A DNA stretch of 64,000 bases from a bacterium (GTDB lineage: Bacteria > UBA8248): positions 512,001 to 576,000 of the forward strand of contig CBDBZY010000041.1 of assembly GCA_965213685.1 (NCBI GenBank), read 5' to 3'. The notes below the pieces were generated by a model. That model made no database searches. It was given only the letters and a program-made list of their open reading frames with translations, and had not been told where the DNA came from. Every line of letters begins with the position of its first letter. Positions within the stretch are counted from its first letter, which is position 1. Both the position numbers and the translations under genes were made by a program. This document shows positions 47,956 through 61,252 of this stretch, in pieces.

Positions 47956-50900
47956 TTACTCTAATGATCCTACCCACACTTGCTGGGAATATCCCACAAC
48001 ACCCACCACATACCCTCCAGCCACAAGCAGTTCACCAGAGGGGAGTACTGCACAAGAGGGAGCAGCGATTTCCGCAGGAAGCTCTCCACCCTTGCTCCAT
48101 TTCTTCCCTTCTGCCTCATATCTGTAGAGCTCCTTTCTCATCCCCTTCCCTCCTACCAGTAGCAAGTGGTTCTGCAGGGCTAAGAGTGTGGGGCCACATA
48201 CTGGAGGGGATGGCAGTTCCTGCCATGTTGGGCCAGTGGTGGTGTTGCGAGTTGCGTTTGATATCAGGGTGGGGAGGTGGGCGGAGAACACGTGAGGCTG
48301 ACCACCACTCCAGTTATATGATGAGATGTATACATAGTCATTAATGATGACTGCTGTCATGCGGTCACCCCCCACAGGCACTGGCTGTGCACTGTACCAC
48401 TGGTGAGTGGAGCAGTCCAGGACTTCTACTGTGTCCTTGTAGAGGTACCCACATGACACAATGAGGTATTGCTGGTAGCCCACAGCAGCTGAGAATGGTC
48501 TACCAGTTGGCATTCTTGGGTAGTGCTGAGTATTCCAGCGATGACCCTCACTGTCCCATAATTGGATAGCAGTGCTGCCTCCCAAACCACCAGCTAGTAA
48601 TAGCTGGTCCTTGGCTGATGCCATGGAAAAGCAGCGTTCAGTGCTCTTTGGCAGCTGAGACCACTCACCAGTGGTAGAGTTGTATTGCACTATGACATAC
48701 TGATTGCTGCTCTCCTCAGCATACCCACCTCCAATGTGGATCTGTCCCTTCAGTAATGTAGTTTGGGCACACCGGACTCCAAAGGGCAAGTCCTTTCCTC
48801 TCCTCCATTTGAGTGGGAGGGGCCATCTCAGTGGCTGGACCTGGGGCTGTAATGAGGTGAATGATGCAGGGAGGGAGGGAGGGAGAGAGAGAGAGAGAGA
48901 GAAGGAGGGGGGAGGGGGAAGGGGGGAGGAGGGAGGGAGAGGGAGGAAGACAGAAGGAATGATGTAAGAACAGTGGCATGGAGGGAAGGTGAAAGAGAGT
49001 AGAAGTGAGGAAAGGAATAATTAATTTTGTTATACTTTGATCTCGACACAATTCTTTTGATATATCCCTTTAGCTCCAAGTGTGTGCTGCATGCTACCGC
49101 TGTGGAGGGAGCCACGCCGCCAGGGACTGCCGGTACCGTGACAGCATTTGTAACTTCTGTCACAAGAAGGGGTACATTCAACATGTGTGCAAAACTCGCC
49201 TCCGCCAACAGCGGCAGTCAGCACCCGAGCAGACTCCGCCGCTGCAGGTGGGAGGCCAACAGCAGCATCACACCCACAAAGTTGATAGCAAGGCCCCGCC
49301 TACAACCACATCTGCCTCATCAACACCTCCTGCACAGCCTTGGACAGTGGACTGCAACATGTTCTTGGTGGAGGCAGACAGAGTGGCATCTGTCAAAGCC
49401 ACAGTTACTACTGATGGTGCCCAGCTGCAGATGGATGTTGACACTGGTGCTGCACTCTTCCTCATCAGCAAAGCCACATACTCCAAGCTGTGGCCAGCTG
49501 GCCGAGGCCCCCAGCTAATAAAACCTGCTATCAGACTCCAGACATACACAGGGGAGGAACTAAAGCTTGTTGGGGAGGCATCCGGTTGGGTCCAATACCA
49601 GAGCCAACAGAAGGACCTCAGCCTTGTGGTGGTGAAAGGAACGGGCCCCAGCCTCCTAGGCCGTGATTGGCTGAGCAAGGTCCGGCTAAACTAGGCCAAA
49701 ATCCACTCACTGACTACACCACACACACCACCTTAGACCAGGTGCTCACCAAGCACAGTGGCCTGTTCAAGGCGGAGCTTGGCACGATCAAGGGTGTTGC
49801 CGCCAAGTTGCACATCAACCATGATGCCAACCTTGTTTTTACTGCCCCTGCTCTGTCCTGTATGCACTCCGATTAGTGTAGTTATAGTTAACTATAACTA
49901 AAACTAAAATATATTTTAGTAGCATCAAAACAACTATTGTAGCAAAACTAGAACTAGAATTTACAGTTTGCTGGAATTGGTGTAACTAAATCTAGAATCG
50001 TTATAACCTTCCGCAAGAAAACTAAAACTAAAATTATTGTACCAGTAGATACTAGTATCGTCCGCGCATTAAGCGCGCGCGCACCCGAAATCGAAGATGT
50101 CATTATAGCGCACGTGATCTGCCTCGTGCACTCAACTCATGATCATTTGTGCAGTATAGTATATCATACACGAAGTTGCAAGCCAGTGAACTGAGTTCCG
50201 AGCACGGGTATTAGGCAAGTATAGGGATCTAGCACGTGTTTGAGAATGTTGTCGTCTGACTCCGAGTCCGAAGGTGCCGGTGTGGCAGCTACCCCCGTAT
50301 CCTCACGAAGCTTCAGTACATCTCCTTCTCCATCTACAAGTGGAAGAGGTTCTGTTGGGCGTCCTCGCAAAAGCTTAGTGTGGGACTATTTCACGTACGA
50401 TTTCAGCAGCAACAAGAGTATATGTCAAGTTAGTTCCGAGTCTCACAGTGATGCTGAAGCCACGAGTCCCATCAGTGTTTGTGGCCATCGTATTACCGGT
50501 AAATTCACCACAAACTTAAGGAGTCATCTGAAGAAAAGCCACACAAATTGCTATAAAGAATTAGTGACAAAAGAAGAGAGTGCAAAGGAGGAGGAATTGA
50601 GAGGGAAGACTAAAGCTGACAAGGGACGTGCTGGGCCTGTGAAGCAATCGACATTGATGGAAGTCATGCAACGAAAGTATGACAAGACCAGCAGTCGGTG
50701 GCAAGACATTACACGCAAGATGGCCATGTTTATTGCCACTAGTAATGTCCCTAATGCAGTTGTGGAGAATGCTGAATTTCGGCTTTTGATGGAAACCTTG
50801 GATCCTCGCTATCAAACACCAAGTCGAGCAAGGATGGCAAAAGAAATGGATCTACTGATGGCTGATATGAAGGGTAGAATCAAGGTTTTCCTTGACTCCG

Positions 50901-53900
50901 CACAGAAGGTATCTGCGTGTACAGATATCTGGACAAAGCGTGGCATGACATCATCGTACCTTGGAGTGACCGCCCATTTCTTTTCCAGACATGATCATCG
51001 ACGTCACTGTGTGACACTTGCAGTACGTGTCTTTCCTCATCCCCATACAGCTGACAGAATTCGAAGTTTGTTAGACGAAGTCCTCAAGGAATGGGATGTT
51101 GACCAGAAGTTCTATTTTGTCATCACAGACAGCGGAAGTAATATGGTCAAAGCTTTTCGGAGTGATGTATTGGCATCTATCACAGATTACAGTGAAGGGT
51201 CAATGGATGAAGATGTTGGTGAAGCGAACAGTGGTGATGATGCAGAAGATGAAGATGAAGATTTTGATGTGGATGAGGATAATGACTTTGACACCAAAGA
51301 AATGCAACATGACATAGTATTTTCACAGTGTGGCAAGCGACTTGCTTGTTTTGCTCATAGCCTTCAGCTAGTTGTCCAGAAGTTCAAAGATGATTCACTT
51401 AAACCTCTCATGAAGAAGGTTTACGCTCTTGTTAAGAAAGTCAACAAGTCATCAAGAGCTACAGGAATTCTGTTGTCCTTGTGTAACAAAAAGCTGGTTA
51501 CCAATGTTCCAACTCGATGGAGCTCAACATTTCTGTTGTTAGATCGGCTACTTGATGTGAAGGGTCCACTAAGCACTGCTTTGGATCAGCTAGAGTGGGA
51601 CAATCTGGCTCACAGTGAGTGGAAAACTATCGAGATGGTACACAAGCTATTGAAGCCCTTTGCACAGTATACTGCTCTAATATCAGGAGAAGAGTATACA
51701 ACTCTGTCAAGTGTCATTCCTATCCTGATGGAGCTGCAACTGCACCTACAGGATATGGTGCAAGTCCCAGAAGTTGCTTCAGTAGCCACCACTCTACGAT
51801 CAGAGTTGAATCGACGATTTCGTAAGTACACAGATCCTGGAGATGAAGATTTTGAGCCAATCTATGTTGTGTCCACCCTCCTCGATCCACGGTACAAACC
51901 ACTGATCAATGCAGTACAGATGAAATCAGGAAAAGATGAACTGCTAAGAATGCTCAAAGTCAATGACTTAGACAGCCAAAGCTCAAGTCAGTCTTCTCCC
52001 ATCCAGTCTTCTCCCACCCCCTTACCCGAAGAAGAAAGTCCAGTCAAGAAACGTCAACGTTTCAGCTACCTGTCGAAAGTTCTTGAGGAAAAGTTGCGAC
52101 AAGGAAAAGAGAAAGCAGCTCGTGAGCCTCATGGAAAACAAGAGCTTGAACGATACTTAGACAGCGTGCCTTCCCTTGGTGATGATGATGACCCTCTGGT
52201 TTTTTGGGTGGAACAGAAGGATGCGTATCCATTACTTTCTACCCTGGCTGCAGATATCATGTGTGCCCCTGCATCATCAGCTGCTGTGGAGCGAATATTT
52301 TCAACAGCCGGGGAAGCCACAACTGGAAAACGCAATAAGTTAACTCACAAGAACCTTGAACGAGAAGTTCTGATCCGTAGAAACAAAGAATATATGTATA
52401 CTTAATGTTTGTGGCTACTGTGTATTACATGCATTCATGCATTTTTTATATGAATATTTCTGTTTTTTGTTGTAATAACCGAACCTTTCCATTCAGTAAT
52501 TAAATAGTTCTCATGTTTAGAAGTATCTGGGAGTAAATTGATTCATTATGAAATTACTTGAACTAAAAGTAGAACTTACCTCAGTTTTAGTAAGTAGCAC
52601 CACAACTAAAATTGAATGCTCCTGATTTACTAAAGCTAAAACTAAAAATTCAAGCATTAGCTAAGAAATACCAAAACTAAAACTAAAATGACATTGAAAT
52701 GCTAATGTGTTACTGCAACTAAAACCAAATAAAAGCAACTAACTAAAACAACACTAACTCCGATCAAGGGTCAATCAAGCCCTGGAGAGGCTGGAGGCAG
52801 CTGGCGTCATCGAGCTATTGCTTTTTCTGAGTGGGCAGCACCCATTGTTCTGGTTGTCAAATGTGATGGTTCCATATGAGTTTGTGGCTACTACAAACTG
52901 AATCAGGCTGCACACATTGATGCTTACCCCCTTCCCCTTGTGGATGATCTGTTTGCCTCTCTGGCTGGGGGACAAGTGTTCAGCAAGCTAGACCTTGCCC
53001 ATGCGTATCAACAACTGCACGTCGACAAAGAGTCCCGCCAGTATGTCGCAATCAACACTCAAAAGGGGTTATTCCAATACATCCGTCTACCTTTTGGAGT
53101 GGCTGCTGCACCAGCCATTTTTCAGTGCACTATCGAGTTGATTCTGAGAGGACTCCCTCACGTGTGCGTGTATCTTGATGACATATTGGTGACAGGAGAG
53201 TCAAAGGCAGCACACATCCGCAACTTAAGTGCTGTACTGGAACGTCTGGAGTCTGTGGGTGTTCACCTTAAACGTGAGAAGTGCGCATTCATGCTCCTAG
53301 AGGTCAAGTACCTTGGTCATCGGATATCTGCGAAAGGACTCCAATAGGCCCTGGCACAATTTGCTCGAAAATTTGCCCAAATGTCTTTTCTTTTTTTCCC
53401 ACATCTCTTCCCTAAATTTCCCACAGATCATCCTATATTTTCTGACCTAGTGGTGAACTCTCCATCACACATAAGACAAACATCATACATATATACATTG
53501 TAAAAAGTGAAAAATATGATACTTTATTCATTATTGTTGCACTGCATCATTACTGAAAGTTCTTCCATGGCAAATTCCTGGCTAGTGTAAAACCTGTTGT
53601 TTGAAAGGAAGAATTGTAAATGCACACGTGAGTAGTTGATGAGTCATCTAGTTGATACTTGGTGTGTACAGAGAAAACAGTAAGGACCAATCCTTGCTGA
53701 AAATTTCTTCAGTTTTTACTGAAACTTCCCAGCAAGGTAGCGCATATATCTTGATTGCTAGAGCCTACCCATTTTTCCAAAAAATGCCAAGCAATTTGTG
53801 CCAGGGCCTAGACTTCAACCCCTGGCAAGCAAGGTCAGGGAGGGCATCCTGGCATCTGCCAAATGAAGAGGCTGCATGGCACAAGGGTACATGTATGTCT

Positions 53901-56900
53901 GGTGGCCAGGGATGGACAATGGAGTTAGCCGTGAGGCATTGTGCCAAGTGCCAAGAGCACCAGAAACTCCCGCCTAAAGCCCCAATGCACCCCTGGGAGT
54001 GGCCAGACCGTCCTTGGGCCTGTGTACACATTGACTATGCTGGGCCCATCCAGGGGAAGATGATTCTGGTGATGGTGGACACTCACTCTAAGCGGCCAGA
54101 GGCACTCTTAGTATCCTCAGCCACTTCTCAGTCCACAATCGAGAAGCTAAGGATAGTCTTTGTCACACACGGTTTACCGGAGGTGTTGGTCTGACAATGG
54201 GCCAGCTTTCACAAGTATGGAGTTCCGGCTACCTTCACTGAATCCAATGGAATTAAACACCTCACGAGTCCCCCACACCATCCGGCCTCGAATGGATTAG
54301 CTGAGAGGGCAGTCTAGACAATCAAGACAGCCATCAGGAAAGGTGATAGAGGAGTCAACCTGGAAACCCAGATATCGAGGTTCCTTTTCCAATATTGCCT
54401 AACACCATATTCCACCACAGGTGCAACCCCTGCGGAGTTGTTGATGGGAAGACAGCTTCACTCGAGACTAGACCTGCTACATCCAGACGTGTCATGTCGA
54501 GTTTGTGCTAATCAAGAAAGACAGAAAACGCACCATGACCTTCACTCCTGCCAATGAACCTTCGACGTTGGTGACCCAGTTTCAGTAAAGAACCAGGGAA
54601 CTGGCCCACCGTGGCTACCAGGGAAGAGCAGCGAAGTTGTCAGTCCACAGCGCTTCATTGTGCAACTGGCTGATGGTCGTTGTACTGACCGCCATGTTGA
54701 CCATGTGAAACGGCGAGTTCTCCAGCCTGAGGGCTGATATGGACATTAGCCAGCCAGACCAGTACACACTGGATGATGATGATCCTCAGTCGAATGTGCC
54801 AGACAACTGTCTGCATACTGGTGTGACTCCTACCTGGCAGCCCCCAGGGAGTGAAGCCTCAACAGAGCTACGTAGATCAACTTGTGACCGTCACCCTCCC
54901 TCTCCCCAATCGTCTTATGTGAACTGGACAGTTATGTATGTTGGCTCTAAAACCATTGTATTAGCACCGTGTATGTGTCATTTAGGAGAGAGGAGACATG
55001 GTATCTTTCATATCACTATGTCATATGTAAATTGTGCATTGTGTATTGCGTGATTACTTGTGGTTGCTTAATTGTATCGTCCCTTAAGTCTATTCATTGC
55101 TCTGTACATTTTGTCAGTCCATGTATCAGTTGAGTAGCTTACACAGAGTGAGGCTCGGTCTACCCAATACAGGACTAGTAGTAGCCGTGGTGTTTAGTTC
55201 GTTTGTAGGACCAGTGTGAGGATGAACTCCCTAGGTCACTACAGGGCACTCTGCATGTTTCACCACCACACCCAAACTTAGCTAGTTGAAAACAGTCTCT
55301 ACATGCTTCAGTTTAGTTTTGATGCTATTTTAGTCACCACTAGCAAGCCCCGTTGAACGTTGTGAGTATATATCCCTGTACACACATCGTGCCAAAGGAA
55401 TGTTTGGAATGTCATTACTACTTGTACATACACATAGGCATAACATACACAGGCTTTTTCATGGAGGGTACAGTGGCTAAAATGCCATCGAAACTAAACA
55501 GAACCACTGTTTTCAACAGGTTACCATCGGGGCAAACTGGTGGTGAACTTGTCTGCTATACATTCTTGATGGCACACATGACCATAATAATTTGACCTTT
55601 TGACCCTGTCGAACCACCTCTGGGGTGGAATGAGGAGGAGTAGAGGGTGAGAGGGAGAGAGGGAGAACAGGAGAATAGCTACAGCTCACAGATCTTGGTG
55701 TGGCTGGAGATGTCTTGTACACTGCAGAATTCTTGCTTGCCTAATAAGGGCAATAAAGAAGTGGACAAAAGAAGAGAATGAATGCTAATCTGCTTTGTCC
55801 TCCTTTCCTCTCTTCCTTGCTTTGTTCCTCTTTGCTTTCCCTCACTATCTTTTGCACTTGGAGCATTACCTGCACATCAGCTTGCAGTGGTCCTTGAGGG
55901 GTCATCTGAGAGTCACCTTTTGGGCTGGGACTGGGCCTAGGGGGAGTCTGGAAGAGACAGGTTTGCTGCGTTTAGTTCACTTCAGTTTAGAGAATTACTA
56001 AGAATTAAGATACTGCGTAAGAGAATTAAAGATACTGTGTAAGAGAATTAAGATACTACATTTAGTTCATTTCAAGAGGACCACTAATTACTACATGAAC
56101 TGAGCGATATGTGCCAATCCTGTCTGCTTCCTAAAGTTGATACTGAGGAGTCCATTACTGGAATCGATACCTCATGACTACAATAGGGAGTTGAATCTCC
56201 TATACTTAGTATTACATGTATAATCATTCATGCAGACATACACATTATTATGCCATTGCTCACCAACACTTGCTTCCTAAGCCGTTCAACCTCTGCCTTT
56301 AAAGACTGATTCTCCTGTGTCATTCGATGGTTCTCCTGTGTCAGTCGATGATTCTCCTGTGTCAGTTGACGAATCTCTTGTTTGTTTATCTTCTCCACTG
56401 ATGCAATCTGATCATTCTTCTCCTGTCCTTGTGACTGCATTTGCTGTTGCAGTGCTCTGATGTGCTGGTTCTTGGAGAGAATCTGCAGCTCATGTGACTG
56501 AATCTGCTGGTTTTGCTCCTTCACTGTCTGCACCAACACCAATCTGTCCATGTGACATTCTGCATCACTGATCTCACCCCTGGCCCGCTCCAGTAGCTGC
56601 ACAACCTGATGGATTGAGGGCCGATCCTCCGGAAAGCTTTTGAGGCATCGCTTGATCATCTGCACAAGAGGATGGCCATCACAGAACTGTCTGTAGATCT
56701 TTTGCATGTACTCCGCTCGCCGCTCCAGCTCATCTCGAATAACCTGCCTTCGGTGCTCATCTCGGTACACTTGTGCCAGAACCTTATGGGGGAAGCATTG
56801 TGTGAGGGTGAAAATGGCCACCACACCCAGTGAGAAGATGTCGATTGTCATGTCGTATCGAGACTCATCTTCCAGTGCCTCTGGGGGCATGTAGATGGAC

Positions 56901-57463
56901 GCACCAGGTGCTTTGGTCATGGTGGCTACCCTCAGGCTGGGGACAATCCTAGCCACCCCAAGGTCAGCAATTTTGGCTGTCATGGCGGAGTTCAAGAGAA
57001 CGTTCCTCGCGGAAAGGTCCCGATGGATCAACGGCGGAGAACGACTGTGCAGGTAGCAGAGACCTTGAGCGACGTCGTAGAGGAACGAGTGCTTGAGGCC
57101 CAGGGGGATATCGGGCCGAGTCTCCAGTAGGTCGTGGAGGCTGGTCAGCAGTCGCTCCATCACCAGCGCAGGAAGCCGCGAGCCCGGCAGCACGCAGATG
57201 CCGAGAAAGAGGACGATGTGTGGGTGGCGGAGGGTGCTCATGAGTCGGCACTCCTCAACGAACTGGCCTGCCGCCCTCTCCATCTCAGCCTGCGGTATTT
57301 CGGAGCGGTCTTGGAAGATGTCGTGGATCTTCTTGATGGTGCAAACCGCTCCAGGTATCTCCCCCTCCTCCACGCTGCCGTAGGCTCCTGAGCCGATTCT
57401 TGTGCCAGTTAGTCGCACGTTTTGAAGCTGAAACGCCCTGAGCTCGCGAAGGAGATTCGCCAT
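47956..57463 (-). CDS. TKL-type kinase - coiled coil - Kelch protein, copy 2 (4 exons, 745 aa)
   Basis: Exons 57463-56264, 55965-55870, 55740-55690 and 48846-47956 (Kelch E), all phase 0 and open. Intron 3 is expanded to 6.8 kb by nested transposons. Confidence 0.83.
49874..52756 (+). mobile_element. Apparently autonomous hAT transposon inserted in the Gypsy pol
   Basis: Perfect 8-bp TSD actccgat; TIR tagtgtagttatagtta / taactaaaacaacacta; aaactaaaa subterminal repeats. Confidence 0.95.
50246..52405 (+). CDS. hAT transposase (BED zinc finger, DDE, C-terminal dimerisation domain), 719 aa
   Basis: SLVWDYF..C..C..NLRSHL...H, TDIWT, ITDSGSNM, CFAHSLQL, TRWSS, PASSAAVERIFS; uninterrupted. Confidence 0.95.
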   Translation: MLSSDSESEGAGVAATPVSSRSFSTSPSPSTSGRGSVGRPRKSLVWDYFTYDFSSNKSICQVSSESHSDAEATSPISVCGHRITGKFTTNLRSHLKKSHTNCYKELVTKEESAKEEELRGKTKADKGRAGPVKQSTLMEVMQRKYDKTSSRWQDITRKMAMFIATSNVPNAVVENAEFRLLMETLDPRYQTPSRARMAKEMDLLMADMKGRIKVFLDSAQKVSACTDIWTKRGMTSSYLGVTAHFFSRHDHRRHCVTLAVRVFPHPHTADRIRSLLDEVLKEWDVDQKFYFVITDSGSNMVKAFRSDVLASITDYSEGSMDEDVGEANSGDDAEDEDEDFDVDEDNDFDTKEMQHDIVFSQCGKRLACFAHSLQLVVQKFKDDSLKPLMKKVYALVKKVNKSSRATGILLSLCNKKLVTNVPTRWSSTFLLLDRLLDVKGPLSTALDQLEWDNLAHSEWKTIEMVHKLLKPFAQYTALISGEEYTTLSSVIPILMELQLHLQDMVQVPEVASVATTLRSELNRRFRKYTDPGDEDFEPIYVVSTLLDPRYKPLINAVQMKSGKDELLRMLKVNDLDSQSSSQSSPIQSSPTPLPEEESPVKKRQRFSYLSKVLEEKLRQGKEKAAREPHGKQELERYLDSVPSLGDDDDPLVFWVEQKDAYPLLSTLAADIMCAPASSAAVERIFSTAGEATTGKRNKLTHKNLEREVLIRRNKEYMYT
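53345..53810. mobile_element. hAT-type MITE in the Gypsy pol
   Basis: gactccaa|taggccctggcaca ... tgtgccagggccta|gacttcaa; same family as 58287-59243. Confidence 0.85.
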
Positions 57464-58286
57464 ATTGCTCTCTGTGAGAAAATGAACCAGCAAGGGCCAG
57501 TGGGTGGGGCTGGTTTATTCTTGTCACGTGAGGAACGCAAGTATGACGTCACCAAGTATGAATGTATGCGCATTGTGGTGTATAGGCGCGTGCGTATTGT
57601 GTTGAATCTCGTATCACTGTGATATTGGTGTTTTGTCATTTTGCATTACAATGCCTCGGCTTTCAGTTATTCACATGATTATAACTCTCACTAGTGCAGC
57701 GCCCTCGTCTCATGGTCGTCCACTGAGGAGGTTCGTATGTAGATATTATGGAACTGCAGCACTGAGTTCTCTAGGGATTCTCTAGGGAGTAGCCTGCACG
57801 AACTAATGGTGAGAGAGAGCGTACGCGTTCCTTATGCAACTGTGCCCAATAATAGCAGCTATTACTCGGCATAACAAGGACGGCACTCTCTCACCGCTGT
57901 TTCAGGATATTCTGTGGAGTCTCAATGTAGGACCAGATGTCTGTGTTGGGAATATTAATAATTATAAATTATACGTGTAAACAATCAATAATCACCTTCT
58001 GCTTGCAGCAATTCCCCCCCCCCCCCCCCCCCCCCCAAGACGTGGATGCGCCGACACATATAATGATGTCTGTGTTATATACATGTATGTACACAGCATA
58101 TTTAAAAGAGGCAGTGTCCTCATGCACGTGACGCTGGTCTATACATGCAGTATGCACCTTGACCACAGAGCTTCCCTTGCTCACACCAATAGTGATGTAG
58201 GGAGATGTAATGAGAATTTGCTTTCTTAACTTTGTAAATAATCATGATGAAATGGACCAGGCATGCAACTTACCTTTAGATCTGTG

Positions 58287-59243
58287 TAGGCCCTGGCACA
58301 AATTGCTCTTTTCCCACATTTCTTCCCTAAATTTCCCACAGATCATCCTGACCTAGTGGTGAACTTTCCATCACACATAAGACAAATGTCATGCATATAT
58401 ACATAGTAAAAAGTGAAAAATACAATATTTTATGGTTAAAGTCATCTTCATTTATTGTTGCACTGCATCATTACTGAAAGTTCAATAGAGCCTTCCATGG
58501 TAGATTACTGGCTAGTGTCAAAGCTGTTATTTAAAGGAATAATAATTGTTAATGCATGCATGGCTAGTCGATGAGTAGGCTTGTCCCAATTATGCTAGCA
58601 TAATTTTAGAATAATAGGGACAGTTTCAAGTTGAATTAGCATAGAGAATAATGCTGGAATAATGGGTAGGTTTTCTCAAATTTTAGAGGCGGGGCTCATA
58701 ATTTGGTGGAAGAGGAATGGGGAACGCCTTCCTAGGTGGTCAAAAGCATGCAAAGACATACTCCTGTTGCAGCCTTCATCAGCTGCTGCTGAATGCCATT
58801 TTATCGAACTCTCTCAGATCGACAAGAGCTTGCATTCAAAGATTTTGTATATAGAAACCTCTGTGATATTACAATACAATTCAAATTTTGTAATGTTTTC
58901 ATGAGTGTTTTGTTGCATCATGTTCTCGTCAAAAATCATTTAAACATTGGAATAATTGGCAAGTGATTAAAGAATAATCGACATGTATTATAGGAATAAT
59001 AGGTAGGTTTTCAAGCATAAAAGAATAGAATAATAGGCAACTTATTGAGCATAATTGGGACAAGCCTATTGATGAGTCATCTAGTTGATACTTGGTGTGT
59101 ACAGAGAGAACAGTAAGAACCAATCCTTGCTAAATATTTCTCCAGTTATTACCAAAATTTCCCAGCAAGGTAGCCCATATTTCTTGATTGCTAGAGCCTA
59201 CTCATTTTCCCAAAAAATGTCGAGCAATTTGTGCCAGGGCCTA
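58287..59243. mobile_element. hAT-type MITE containing a nested element
   Basis: gatctgtg|taggccctggcacaaattgctc ... gagcaatttgtgccagggccta|gatctatg. Confidence 0.85.
58576..59068 (+). mobile_element. hAT deletion derivative retaining a dimerisation-domain remnant
   Basis: tcgatgag|taggcttgtcccaattatgct ... agcataattgggacaagccta|ttgatgag; WWKRN...LP.W...ILLLQPSSAAAE; empty site near 53640. Confidence 0.85.
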
Positions 59244-60827
59244 GATCTATGCAGTGAGTATTTTGTATGAATATACTTTTATACAATTTTGCAAAGGATA
59301 CACCAATGTAATAGCATATAAAAATGCACCCATATAATCTAATATACATTATAAGTTGTACCCATACAAGTTTTATAAGTTGTACATTATAAGTTGTTAC
59401 CCATATAATCTAATAACTATATTATTATATGCTATAAGTTGTATATATACACTAAATGAGTACAACAAAATTAGGCATTACATGTTAGTATATTTTATCA
59501 TGGCGAAGTTGGGCCCATAAAAGACTTTAACCTACTGCCCCAGCTCTCAAGGCTGGGCACCCAGGATCCTGCTTTCTTGTTTTTTCGTTTTGTATGTTGT
59601 GTCTTTTGTGTTTTATGTGTACTTGAGGTTCTTTCTCTTCGTCTTTCTAACATTTCTGTAGCTAGGATGTTATATACATGTTTTTCCATGTATGGAGGAG
59701 TACGATGTAGTTCTTAAATGCCGTAAGTAAATACCACAAGAGCACAATCAACAGGTAAGTTATTCCACATAGTAACACATGTAGTTTTTGGCGTAAAAGA
59801 GCATTTTAGATGGTTGGTATGGGCTGCAGGTTACTGGTTGTTAGTAGACTTTGATGGTTTGGGAGGTGATTGAATAAATGCATTATGAGTCCATGTGCTC
59901 ATTTTCATTAGCACATTCTTAGGGCAATTTTTGTACTTTTCCAAGGCAGCTGTGTCAGTAGCGATAGATGTGGGTACCTATGTGCACCATATTCTAAGTG
60001 CACTGCTTGTTCTTACATGCCTAAAGTGGCAGTACCTATTGCTACATGAAATAGGCACTGCACTCTCACTATATGTGGAGTCTGTGTAAGGTCTTGATCC
60101 GATGCCCAGGACTCAGCAACCACAATAATATTATTGGTGAGATGGTGCCTTCTTTGTACCTCTGTGCTAAGTAACAGTAGTACAGCATGTGCAGAATAAT
60201 ATAATTCAACCTTGGTACAGTTAACTCAGTTGCAAGCACTCAACCATAATGTACAATTGCATGAGCAGTTGTAAGTTGCATATTTTTATATATCCCATGC
60301 TCCCTATGAAATGTGTAGGGTGTCTCCAGAGTTATGTTTGATGCAACAGGTGCTTGAAACACGATGAGTAAGCAGCATACCTTTCATGCACCATCAGTGC
60401 CATAGTCATGGACAATCAGTGCTATGTCATGCTCAATCAACTGGAGGTGTTTTTCAAGCAGAGAGAAGAAAGTAATAATAGCATGCTGATTCAGATTAAG
60501 ACTTTCTGAACTTGCCTCCTGTCTGCCTGAACTGCCCACCATGCATGCTGGTGGTTGAAAGATGGCGTATAGAGAAAGACTGCCAGCTGTTGTCTCATTT
60601 TCTTTGTCATTGTGGTCTGTCATGGCCACACCGTAACATTGGATGCTTGTCCTTGTCTTCTGTGGGTTCTCTAGTACTGTCATACCATAAAAATATTATA
60701 GATAATATAATTATACTGTACTTGAAGTTCATTTCATGAGCACCTGCTCACACCTGCGATTGTTTGTGAGCATATAGGGGGACGCTGGACATAATTATAG
60801 AGAAAGAATACGTATTGCAGCCACTAC

Positions 60828-61252
60828 TAGGCCTTGATGGATTGATAATAATAGGCAGCAGAAAGAATTCCAGGATAATAGGTAGTCATTTTGATCCCAA
60901 AAATAATAATAGGTAACTTTTGCAGTCATATGAATGGTAAGTCACATCCTGTCCAGATTTTGATATCCCTGTGGTCTATTGTTACCGGCAGTTATTGTTT
61001 CTACTAGTATACCTTTGTTTTTTGCCACCTGCATCAGCAGAGTCACGTGTGCAGGCTGCAGTCCACGAATAACTATATCACTAGTGTGTATATGTACTGT
61101 TTGTGATGCTACTGGACCAGTTCTGGTTAAACTTTGTATTACGTTCTGGTACAATGAAAAGCATAATATACAATGAAAAGGATAATAGGTAAGACTTTCA
61201 AGAATAGATCTACAAGAATAGAATAATAAAGGGAAAAATCCATCAAGGCCTA
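60828..61252. mobile_element. hAT-type MITE
   Basis: gccactac|taggccttgatggatt ... aatccatcaaggccta|gccactac. Confidence 0.88.

Larger units (their letters stand above)
49068..55243 (+). mobile_element. Ty3/Gypsy LTR retrotransposon, 5'-truncated and degenerate
   Basis: Zinc knuckles CYRCGGSH..C and CNFCHKKG, protease VDTGA, RT FSKLDL..AY/RLPFG/YLDD, integrase HPWEWP..HIDYAGP. Purine tract at about 54984 and a probable 3' LTR ending ACA. Many stops. Confidence 0.92.

Noticed and set aside
59480-60700. Cys-rich and DHDY-containing coding-like remnants (related piece at 38630-38820)
   Set aside because: Too decayed to assign; possibly a transposon accessory gene, but no termini or clear domain were found.
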